Assembly (NCBI RefSeq): GCF_963921235.1
Contig: NC_086097.1
Span: 18,540,001 to 18,604,000, forward strand
From: Mobula hypostoma
Taxonomy: Eukaryota
DNA: 64,000 nucleotides
Direction: 5' to 3'
The notes below the pieces were generated by a model. That model was not told the DNA's origin, did not search any database, and worked only from the letters and a program-made list of their open reading frames with translations. The translations under genes and the position numbers were made by a program. Each line of letters begins with the position of its first letter. Position 1 is the stretch's first letter. Positions 36,855-47,925 of the stretch are shown one piece after another.

Positions 36855-38359
36855 TTCTGTAGCTTTGTGATCAGGACTGTAGGAATGATGGTGCTAACCA
36901 CTGAGTTATAATCAATAAACAGCATCCTGACATAATGTATTGTCCAGGTGATCCAAATCTGTGAGGCGAACAATTAAGATTGTGTCTGCCATAGACCTAT
37001 TGGGGTGATAGACAAATTGCAGTGGGTCCAGGTCCGAACTGAGATGGGCGTTGTTTCTAGCCATGACTAACCTCTCAAACCATTTCATCACTTGTAGGTG
37101 TGAGTGCTACTGGATGATAGTTGTTAAGGCAGCTCATCCTGCTCTTCTTGGGCACTGGTATAATAGCTGCCCTTTTGAAGCAGGTGGGGACTTCCAACCA
37201 TAGTAGGAGAGACTGAAAATGTCTTTGAATGTACTCGCCAGTTGGTTGGCACAGGTTTTCAGCGCCTTGCCGGGTACTGCATTGGGGCCTGTCACTTTGT
37301 GAGGATTCACCCTCCAGAAAGACCACCTGATGTTGGCCTCCCAGACACAGATCATAGGGCCACCAGGTGCTGCAGGGATCCTCAGAGCTGTAGTTTTATT
37401 CTCCTTTTCAAATCAAGCATAAGCTCGTCTGGTCCATGAAGCATCACTACCATTCATGATGTTGGGTTTTATAGGAAGTTAATATGCATCTGACGTCACC
37501 TCCAACCTCACTTGGAATTGTTTCTTAGCTCTTGAAATATCCCTCTGTAAGTGATACATGGTTTTCTTGTACAAACCTGGGTCACCAGACTTAAATGCCA
37601 CAGATCTAGCCCTCAGCAGACGACGGACTTCCTGATTGATCCACTGCGTTTAGTTTGGGAATGTATAGCAAGTTTTCATCAGCACACTTTTTAATTAAGT
37701 CAGTGACAACTGCAGCAATCTCATCCAGACTTGGAGAAGGCTCCGCGAATACAGTCCAGTCTAATGATTCAAAGCAGTCCTACAGGTGCTGCTGTGCTTC
37801 CCCTTGTCCGTACTTTCTTGGTCCTCACTACTGGTGCTGCAGTCCTCTACCTATACTCAGGGAGTAGAAGTTCAGAAGATCAGACTTTCCAAAGTGTGGA
37901 CATGGGATAGTATGGTAAGCACTCTTGATCTTAGTGTCCACTGTGTTATTTCCTCTCGTGCTACAAGTGATTTGTTGATAATAATTATTTAGAGACCTTT
38001 TCAAGCTGTCTTGGTTAAAATCCATCAAGTTGATGGGGAAGGCATCAAGTTGTGCAGTTTCATGCCTTTTGATGGCTTCACTCAGTTTGTCTAGAGCTTG
38101 TACAGCACCAGAAAAATGATCACTGAAATCTCCCATGAAGGGAAAATGGCTGGCACATAAATGAGAGATTTTCCAGGTCTGGTAAGCAGGACTCTGAAAG
38201 CACTGCTATGTTTGTACAGGTGATCATGATGCATGCACCTCTTACCTCTGCGTTTGAGAGACTCGACAGACCTATCTTGGAGGTGTATAGTGAACCTGTC
38301 TATTCAAATCACTGCATCTGGTATGGAAAGGGTTAACCAAGATGTGACTGGGTGACCAT

Positions 38360-38692
38360 ACTGGGTCTTATTCAGGGACTGAGGTCCTTTAACACCTGCC
38401 GGACGATGCTGAGGATGTTCTACAAGTCTGTGGTGGCCAGTGCTATCATGTTTGCTGTTGTGTGCTGGGGCAGCAGGCTGAGGGTAGCAGACACCAACAG
38501 AATCAACAAACTCATCCGTAAGGCCAGTGATGTTGTGGGGATGGAACTGGACTCTCTGACGGTGGTGACTGAAAAGAGGATGCTGTCCAAGTTGCATACC
38601 ATCTTGGTCAATGTCTCCCATCCACTACATAATGTACTGGGTGGGCACAGGAGTACATTAAACCAGAGACTCATTCCACCGAGGTGCAACAC
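38360..38692 (+). mobile_element. Rex1/Babar-like 3' fragment from a second family
   Basis: LRSFNTCRTMLRMFYKSVVASAIMFAVVCWG..RINKLIRKA. Confidence 0.8.
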
Positions 38693-39594
38693 AGTTCTGG
38701 TAGTTTTTATACTGCATACGCAATTCTGTCCATACACAAGGGTGTGAATTGGAAGTTAAACTGAGATTGTAACAGCAAGAACTGGTTGTAAATTCGTTCA
38801 CTTTGTTTCGTGACCCTCTACTGGCACTTAAACATCGAAAACCGATAAAGGAATTAAAACCCGAAAAAGGTCCTGAGCGTGTACTTTTCCCCAGGCTACA
38901 AAGATTCTGTTAAGCACAATGTACCCCTGACAGAGCACCCTAGCTCTGAGCTCTTCAGTTTTATTTACCAGAGACTGAACGTTTGCCAGCAAGGTATTCA
39001 GTATTGTGAGTCAAAAACATCGTTTTTTTAAAGTGCACCGTTAGCCCAGTGTGACAACCTCACTTCCACCACTGTCTTAAATGGGCAATACACCAATCAG
39101 AGTCCAAATTATTTCCATCAGTTTTGAGCAGTGATGGATTGTTTAATAGCATTCAAATGTTGTTACTGACTGTACACACCTTAGGTGCAGTTGTGGTTCT
39201 CAGCTGCAGCAGACTGAAACAAGGGTATTCAGTGATTTCTATCATAGCTGCCGCACTGAGTCCTTGTTTTAAAACTCCATCATTAATGAAGGGATTAACA
39301 TTTGATAACTAAGTCAATCAGGTGGAAGTTAAAATTTTGATTAAGGAAAATATCTGGTTCCGTCATTTCAGGAAAAGTCATAAGTTCATCTTATTGCCGT
39401 TTGCACAGGTGCAATGAAAAACTTACCTGTAGCAGCATCACAGAGACATTGCATCAGGTAAGCTGCAGTCACAAGAAAAACATAAACATAAAACTTATGA
39501 GGAAAACATATGGAACAGAAAAAACAAAGTCCACTTGTTTGCAAAGTGCTTGAAGCGGTCACAGTATTGCTAAACAGTAGTGATCAGACTTCTC

Positions 39595-39996
39595 GGAGGA
39601 CCGTCACCTTGCAGTGGTGGAGAGGCTTGAGAGTTCCTGAGATCTTGAGAGTGATGTGGTCTGGAGCTTAGCTCCTCGTAGGGTCACCCACGGAAGTAAG
39701 GTCAAGCATGAGGTTCCAGACAAAGAGCGATCCAGCCTGTAAGTCATCGGTGAGACTGAGGGGAGATGATGACACATTGCAATGACAGTGAAGTCAGAGG
39801 AAAGCTGTAGCACTGAATGGTCCCCAGACGTGTTGGATGCAATGCCATTGGACAAGGACTGCAAGCTGTCAAGGACCATGTGGTGGCTGCCCTTGCGTCA
39901 CCCTACCCACGTTAAATAAAGTCAAGCACAAGCATTCTCCATGAAGAGAATAACCCCTTTGGAGAACATCATACTCAACTTGAGTGATCGAGTGAT
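39595..39996 (+). mobile_element. Non-autonomous element beginning with an RTE-type 5' UTR
   Basis: ccgtcaccttgcagtggtggagaggcttg...tagggtcacccacgg..aggtc..aggttccagacaaagagcg resembles my recollection of RTE (Expander/BovB-type) 5' UTRs; (gagtga)-like tail. Confidence 0.55.
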
Positions 39997-40249
39997 TAGG
40001 TTTTTCCTGTTGGTTGAAGGGGTTTAGCTGTTCTTGAACCTAGCGGTGTGAGACTTCAGACTCCAGTACTCCTGCTAGATGGTAGCTACAAAAAGATGGC
40101 ATGGCCGAAATGCTGGGGATATTTGACCTGGCATGTATGCTTCAGCAATGTGACTGTTACCATACTCAGTTGTGTCTTCTGCACTGGCATTTTAAGAGGG
40201 TAACTCACCACCACGTTCCCAGTGTGATTTAGGGGTCAGTGGAACTATG

Positions 40250-40892
40250 GGAAGATGATGGAACATCACAACAGCGGTGAAGTTGGAGGAAGGCTGCAGC
40301 AGTGAAGTGTCTGCACCACAACGAACCAACCCGCATCCTCAGACCTGCCGGCCAGTAAGCCAGAGGAACCGGGTTGGGTTTGGAGGAGCTGACCTGGATG
40401 CAGACCGTGCTGCCGCCGGCTACTCAGAAGGTGTCAGAGTTGGTGCGCAAAAGCGGCGTGCAGCGTAACCCTGAGAAACAGTCCTGGACGTTTCTCTTGT
40501 GATTGCAAGACCCTGTTGGACATTAAGAGTGTAAGATGCCACAGGCCTGTTTACCTTGTTCGGTGACGTGACAGATGGCAAGTTGCGGCTGCAGTCCAGG
40601 TGAGGAGATGCCAGAGGCGGTGTAGTGTGGCATCCATGTTCGGTTGGGGGCTGGCCTCCAGAGTTCGATTTGTGGAATGATACTCTGGATTGCCAGGAAT
40701 GGTACCATCAATTTGCAGGACATACCGCCTGGGGTCTGGAATATACAGGTATGTGTGTTTTTTTCATATTTTGAATATGCTGTGTATGTTTTGCACTATG
40801 GCCCAGAGAAACCCTGTCTCAGTTAGCTGTATCCATGTATGGATGATTGGTAATTAAATGTGATTTAATTTGATTTTGATTTTGATTTGATT
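40250..40892 (+). repeat. Unclassified CpG-rich interspersed repeat ending in a (tgattt)n tail
   Basis: GC- and CpG-rich body followed by attaaa and a (tgattt)n microsatellite at 40860-40892, a LINE/SINE-type tail. Confidence 0.45.
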
Positions 40893-41764
40893 TGGATAGG
40901 TAATAGATTCTGGCCTTGTCAGTCACACTCACATGCTCAGAGACTAAAGTTAAAAATAACGGGCAGTGTTATCAAAACTATTTTTAAAGAACAGCATAGT
41001 TTTTTAGAACAGTAAAAAGCATAACATCAGTGCTGTTCATTGGAGAGGGAGATAAATATGCAAACCCTGAAGTAACAATTGAACTTCACTACTTTGCTGA
41101 GTTGGAGATAAGAACATTAAAAATAGAAATGAGTAGATCCTTTGTGCATGTGGCACCATTCAGTCTTTTCCTTCTGTCATTCCCTACATTATCCCTGTAT
41201 TCCTTTCTTCCTTTAATATCTAAAAATGTACTGAACTCTGTCTTGAATATACTAGACACTGAGTTTCCATGGCTGATTTTGGTAGAGAACTCCAAAGATT
41301 CACCAGCCTCCCTGTGAAGAAATTTCCTTTTATTTTGTCCTGTATTTGAAATTGTGACCTTAGTTCTAGAAACCCATGTCAAGGGAAATTTCATCCTTGC
41401 ATCTACCATGACGGTATTCCTAATAAATATTCGGAGATCACCCCCATACATCTAAACCTTACAGAGAATAGGCCCAGTCTGCACACACAACAAGATTCAT
41501 TGTGGTGAACCTTCTCTGTAGTCCTTTCACCCTCCATATATTTCTTTTCATAGAGGAAGCACACTTACAAAACTATCTATGAAGATCCTTGAAGCATCTC
41601 TGAAGAAAAAAGAGTTTGACACCAGAAGAGGTTTTCACAATGAAGAAACCTCCTTGATCTCTCTGGATGAGAGATCCTCCCACCTTGAGTAGCCTCACCT
41701 CACTCAGTCAGCCAAAATGGAGAATAGAGAAAGGAAAGGAAATTACAATGAGTATGTAATTATA

Positions 41765-41982
41765 AACATGAGATTATGCAGACACTGGAAGTCCAGAGGA
41801 AGATACACAAGATGCTGGAGGAACACTATAGTTCAGGCAGCATCTATTGAAGTTCTCAGCCCAAAACATTGACTGCTTATTCTCCCCACAGGTGCTTCCT
41901 CGCCTGCTGATTTCCTCCAGTATCTTGTGTGTGTTCCTGTGTGGATGCTGCCTGACCTGCCGAGTTCCTCCAGCACTTTGTC
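41765..41982. mobile_element. Inverted and partly duplicated Penelope-like pLTR fragments
   Basis: aagatgctggaggaac..caggcagcatcta (minus), then tctcagcccaaaacattgactg..cctgctgatttcctccag and gatgctgcctgacctgccgagttcctccagc (plus). Confidence 0.65.
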
Positions 41983-42572
41983 AGAATCAAAATCAGAATC
42001 AGGTTTATTATCACTGGCATGTGTCATGAAATTTGTTAACTTAGCAGTAGCAGTTCAATGTGATACATGATAATATAGAAAGAATAAGTAAATAAATAAA
42101 TTACAGAAAGTATTTATATGTATATTGAGTAAATGAAAAATAGTACAAAAATAGAAATAATATACTGTATATTAAAAAAAAAGTGAGTATTGCTCAAGGG
42201 TTCAATGTCCATTTAGGAATCAGATGGCAAAAGGGACGAAGCAGTTCCTAGATCACTGAGTGTGTGCCTTCAGCCTTCTGTACTGCCTACCTGATAGTAT
42301 CAATGAGAAGAGGACATGCCCTGGGTGATGGGGGTCCTAAATAATAGACGCTGCCTTTCTGAGGCACCGCTCATTGAAGATGTCTTGGGTGCTGTGGAGG
42401 GTAGTACCCAAAGTGGAATTGACTGATTTTACAATTTTCTGTAGCTCATTTTGGTCCTGTGCAGTAGCCCCCTGCCCCATATATCAGACAGTGATGCAGC
42501 CTGTCAGGATGTTCTCCACGGTACATATATAGAAGTTTTTGAGTGTTTTAGTTGACAAACCAAATCCCTAGC
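41983..42572 (-). mobile_element. Rex1/Babar-like 3' end, same family as 33475-34227
   Basis: (aatcag)n tail; cagacagtgatgcagcctgtcaggatg is shared with ~33912-33938. Confidence 0.85.
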
Positions 42573-43299
42573 TCCCCTATAGATCCTGCCTGATCTGCTA
42601 AGTTCCTCCAGCATTTTGTACGTTGCAATGAGCAGGTCTTTCCTTGACCAATGCATGCTATCTTTGTCCACTGGTTTGTGCCTTGAATGTTACAGTCATT
42701 AGAGTATTTACCATTGCCCATCAAAGTAGTGATTTGGTACACCTATCACTATCTTCAATTTTATTGAAGCAGACTGAAATGCTGAGATTTTCTGTCTTTA
42801 TTTTTGATTTCTATAGCAAAAAAAAATAACTTAAAGTTAAACACCATGAAGGTCAAAATGTCTTCAGCCGCCAATTTGCACAAGGTGAAATAATTTAACG
42901 TGGCAACTTAAAGTTGAAGGTGATCCATGTTCTTGAAACATTGATAAGTGTGAGTGTAATTTCTGGATCTATTTCTTTTAGAGAAATGACTGACCCCCCC
43001 CTTTAGCACTATGTATTGATCAGTAGTCTGCGTATGTGTGTCGTTTCCTCAATCTCTTTCTCTCTCTCACTGCAATGTGAATACACCAGTTAAAGCTATC
43101 TTCCAAGTTTATTTAATTGATATGTAGTTGTGCACAGACACAATAAATTGGTGACGAGTACGAACCTGAATGTCAGAGACTATCACCAACTGCACTGACG
43201 GTTACAGGATGAAACAGAAAGTGTCAAACAGCATGAGAAAGCCGAAGGACACGTGAGTAACAGTGAAAGATGCATTAAATTTAAAGTGAAAATAATGTG

Positions 43300-44576
43300 G
43301 TGATGGCTTCAGTCGGGAAAGTTGATGCATGTGATAGCGCTAATGAAGGCTGAGAGGGTTGAACTGTATTGTAATGTGAACAATGTGGAGGAACAAAAGA
43401 AAACCCTAAGCTTCTTAGCTTAAAGGGCGTATGGCCTCTTATGCAACCTAGTAACCCTTGAAAAGCTCGCAAGCAAGATGTCCAACAAAATTGTTATAAT
43501 TTTACAAAATCACTTGAGCCTTAAACCATTGATAATAGCTAAAAGATTTAGATTTTACAAAAGGAACCAGTCAAAAAATGAAAGCCTTTCTGAATACTTG
43601 GCGGAACTGCACAAACTTTCCCAGTACTGTAATTTTAGAGATGGACTTTCTGATGCATTAAGGAACAGGCTTTTATGTGGCATGCATAGTCAAAGCACTC
43701 AAACAAGGCTACTGTCAGAAAGAGACCTAACCTTAGAATGGGCTTTGACCATTGCAATATCAATAGACCACAGCAAATGATGCAGCAGAATTACAGAGAA
43801 GGGGGTGAAATAGTCATAGTCATACTTTATTGATCCCGAGGGAAATTGGTTTTCGTTACAGTTGCACCATAAATAAATAGTAATAAAATCATAAATAATT
43901 AAATAGTAATATGTAAATTATGCCAGGAAATAAGTCCAGGACCAGCCTATTGGCTCAGGGTGTCTGACCCTCCAAGGGAGGAGTTGTAAAGTTTGATGGC
44001 CACAGGCAGGAATGACTTCCTATGACGCTCAGTGTTGTACAAAATATACCTGAATAGTGCAAAGAGCCAAAAACGTTATCAATGTGGCATATCCTCCCAT
44101 GATGCAAATTACTGTTGGCTCAAGAAAAAAGTGTGCAGAGAGTGTCACAGACAAGGCCACACAGAGAGAGTGTGCAAGGCAGACAAAAAGCACAACTGAG
44201 TGAAAAGTCTCAGACACAAAACTAAGCAAATGCATAAAGTTACCAAATGTAAAACAGAATCAGACAAAGCTAAACTGTCATGCCTAGAACTCCATAGTAT
44301 GACTTAAGCAGATCACAAAATCATCTGGATCATAAATGGAGCTGGATACAGTTTAGCTTTGTCCATAATTCTAGAGGCTGACTACAGCATACTGTTTTCT
44401 AAGATAACATTATAGAAGACCTCAGTGATGCTAGAGAATTACACAGGCAGAAATGTGTCTGCCAAAGGTGAGGTGAAAGTAAATGTGATATACGTAGGCC
44501 AAACACAACAGTTAGAACTTTATGTATTGAAAAGTGGAGGGCCAACACTTCTCAGGTGTGAATGGTTGAGAAAACT
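43300..44576 (+). pseudogene. Gypsy (Mag-like) gag with two CCHC knuckles and a protease remnant
   Basis: KPLIIAKRFRFYKRNQ..ESLSEYLAELHKLSQYCNF..ALRNRLLCG; YQCGISSHDANYC..VCRECHRQGHTERVC; LENYTG..GPTLLRCEWLRKL. Confidence 0.85.
43810..44038 (-). mobile_element. Short Rex1-like 3' end inserted in gag
   Basis: (atagtc)n tail plus tttatt; reverse complement of RHRKSFLPVAIKLYN. Confidence 0.7.
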
Positions 44577-47419
44577 AGACCATAAGACCATAAGATATAG
44601 GAGCAGAAGTAGGCCATTCGGCCCATCAAGTCTGCTCCGCCATTCAATCATGCGCTGATCCAATTCTTCCAGTCATGCCAACTCCCTTGCCTTCACCCCA
44701 TACCCTTTGATGCCCTGGCTAATCAAGAACCTGTCTATCTCTGCCTTAAATGCACCCAATTACTTGGCCTCCACAGCCACTTGTGGCAACAAATTCCACA
44801 AATTTACCACCCTCTGACTAAAGTAATTTCTCCACATCTCTGTTCTAAATGGATGTCCTTCAATTCTGAAACCTCTTGTCCTAGACTCCCCTACCATGGG
44901 AAATAATTTTGCCATATCTAATCTGTTCAGGCCTTTTAACATTTTGAATGTTTCTGAGATCCCCCTCATTCTCCTGAACTCCAGGGAGTACAGCCCAAGA
45001 GCTGCCAGATGTTCTTCATACGGTAACCCTTCCATTCCTGGAATCATTCTGGTGAATCTTCTTTGAACCCTCTCCAATGTCAGTATATCCTTCCTAAAAT
45101 AAGGAGCCCAAATCTGCACACAATACTTCAAGTGTGGTCTCACAAGTGCCTCGACATCACATTCCTTCTCTTATATTCTATACCTCTAGAAATGAATGCC
45201 AACATTGCATTCACCTTCTCCACAACCAACTCAACCTGGAAGTTAACCTTTAGGGTATCCTGTACAAGGACTCCCAAGTCCCTTTGCATCTTTACATTTT
45301 GAATTCTCCTCCCATTTAAATAATAGTCTGCCCATTTATCTCTTCCACCAAAGTGCATGACCATACACTTTCCAACATTGTATTTAATTTGCCACTTCTT
45401 TGCCCATTCCCCTATACCATCTAAGTCTCTCTGCAGGCTCTCTGTTCCCTCAACACTACCTGCTCTTCCACCTATCTTTGTATCATTGGCATATTTAGCC
45501 ACAAATCCATTAATACCATAGACCAAATCATTGACATACGTCGTAAAAAGTAGTGATCCCAACACAGACTACTGTGGAACTCCACTGGTAACAGGCAGCC
45601 AGCCAGAATAGGATCCCTTCGTTTTCTGCTGGTCAGCCAATGTTCCACCCATGCTAGTAACGTCCCTGTAATTCCATGGGCTCTTATCTTGCTAAGCAGC
45701 TTCATGAGTGGCACTATGTCAAAGGCCTTCTGAAAATCCAAGCACACCATACCTACTGCATCTTGTTTGATTACCCTGCTTGTAATTTCCTCAAAAAATT
45801 ACAGTACGTTTGTCAGGCAGGATTTTCCTTTCAGGAAACCATGCTGGCTTTGGCCTATCTTGTCTTGTGCCTCCAGGTACTCGGTAATCTCATCCCTAAC
45901 AATCGATTTGAACTATTTCCCAACCACTGATGTTAGGCTAACAGGTCTATAGTTTCTTTACTGCTGCCTCTCACCCTTCTTAAATAGCGGAGTAACATTT
46001 GCAATTTTCCAGTCATCGGGTACAATGCCACAATCTATCAATTCTTGAAAGATCATTGTTAATCCCTGCAAAATCTCTCCAGCTACTTTCTTCAGAAACT
46101 TTCCATCAGGTCCAGGAGATTTATCCACCCTTAGACCATTAAGCTTCCCGAGCACCTTCTCAGTTGTAATTTTCACTGCACATACTTTACTTCCCTGTGA
46201 AGACTGATGCAAAATATGCTTTCAGTTCCTCTGCCATCTCTGTATCTCTCATTACAATATCTCCAGTGTCATTTTTATTAGTCCTATATCTACCCTGAAC
46301 TCTTTTACCTATTATATACATAAAAAAGCTTTTAGTATCTTCTTTGATTTTAGTCGCCAGCTTCCTTTCATAATTCATCTTTTCCTTCCTAATGACCTTT
46401 TTAGTTTCCTTCCACAAGTTTTTAAAAGCTTCCCAATCCTTTATCTTCCTACTAGCTTTGGCTTCCTTGTATGCCCTCTCTTTTGCTTTTTCCTTGGCTC
46501 TGACTTCACTTATCAGTCATGATAGTGTCTTCTTCCATCCGAAAATTTCTTCTTATTTGGAATATATCTGTCTTGCACTTCCCTCATTTTTTGCAGAAAC
46601 TCCGGCCATTGCTGCTCTGCTGTCCTTCCTGCTAGTGTCCCTTTCCAGTCAACCTTGGCCAGTTCCCCTCTTATGCCATTTCCTTTATTCCAATGAAATA
46701 CTGACACATTGGAATTTAGTTTCTCCTTCTCAAATTTTAAAGTGAACTCGAGCATGTTTTGATCACTGTTTCCCAAGGATTCCTTAACCTTAAGCTCTTT
46801 TATTTCCACCGGATCATTGCAGAACATCCAATCCAGCACAGCCGATCCCCTAGTCGGCTCAACAACAAGCTGTTCTAAAAAGGCATCCCTTAGACATTCT
46901 ACAAATTCTCTCTCTTGAGGTCCAGTTCTGGTCTGGTTTTCCCAATCCACTTTTATATTAAAATCCCCAACAATTATTATGACATTGCCCTTCTGATATG
47001 TTTTTTTATCTCCTGGTGTAATTTGTAATCCACATCCCGGCTGTTGTTTGGAGTCCTGTATACAACTGCCATTAGGGTCTTTTTACCCTTGCCATTTCTT
47101 AACTCAACCCATAGAGACTCTACACCTTCCAATCCTATGTCATCCCTTTCTAATGATCTAATATTATTTCTTATTCACAGGGCAACACCACCCCCTCTGC
47201 CTACTAACCTATCTTTCCGAAACACTGTATATCCTTGGACATTCAACTCCTAATGGTAGCCATCCTTCAGCCAAGTTTCAGAGATGGCCACCATGTCGTA
47301 CGTGCCAATCTGTAGATGCATTTCAAGATTGTCCATTTTATTACTTATGCTGCGTGCATTCAAATATAACACTTTCAGTCCAGTATTTGTAGGGTAGGGC
47401 AAGGAAGAGGAGGGCAGTT

Positions 47420-47920
47420 GTGATAGGGGACTCAATAGTAAGGGGGTCAGATAGGCGATTCTGTGGACGCAGTCCAGAGACCCGGATGGTAGTTTGCCTC
47501 CCTGGTGCCAGGGTCCGGGATATTTCTGATCGTGTCCAAGATATCCTGAAGTGGGAGGGTGAGGAGCCAGAGGTCGTGGTACATATAGGTACCAATGACA
47601 TAGGTAGGAAAAGGGATGAGGTCCTGAAAGAAGAATATAGGGAGCTAGGAAGGGAGTTGAGAAAAAGGACCGCAAAGGTAGTAATCTCGGGATTACAGCC
47701 TGTGCCACGCGACAGTGAGAGTAGGAATGCGATGAGGTGGAGGACAAATGCGTGGCTGAGGGATTGGAGCAGGGGGCAGGGATTCAAGTTTTTGGATCAT
47801 TGGGACCTCTTTTGGTGCAGGCGTGACCTGTACAAAAAGGACGGGTTACACTTGAATCCTAGGGGGACCAATATCCTGGCAGGGAGATTAGCGGGGGCTA
47901 CTGAGGTGACTTTAAACTAG
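47420..47920 (+). CDS. CR1 ORF1 C-terminal SGNH/GDSL esterase domain (partial)
   Basis: IGDSIVRG, PGA, HIGTND and DGLH blocks, uninterrupted to TAG at 47918-47920. Confidence 0.9.
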   Translation: MIGDSIVRGSDRRFCGRSPETRMVVCLPGARVRDISDRVQDILKWEGEEPEVVVHIGTNDIGRKRDEVLKEEYRELGRELRKRTAKVVISGLQPVPRDSESRNAMRWRTNAWLRDWSRGQGFKFLDHWDLFWCRRDLYKKDGLHLNPRGTNILAGRLAGATEVTLN

Positions 47921-47925
47921 AATGG

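Larger units (their letters stand above)
33475..38330 (-). mobile_element. Near full-length decayed Rex1/Babar-like LINE, interrupted by an LTR-like insert and a CR1
   Basis: (atcaga)n tail at 33475; [86 protein letters not shown]; endonuclease DFNQ..CSTRGNNT..FGKSD. Confidence 0.88.

Noticed and set aside
38790..38995. IRF/ISRE-like GAAA motifs and a possible 99-nt exon (38895-38993) with one open frame
   Set aside because: The motifs deviate from GAAANNGAAA, the donor is weak and the peptide is unrecognisable, so this cannot be told from chance.
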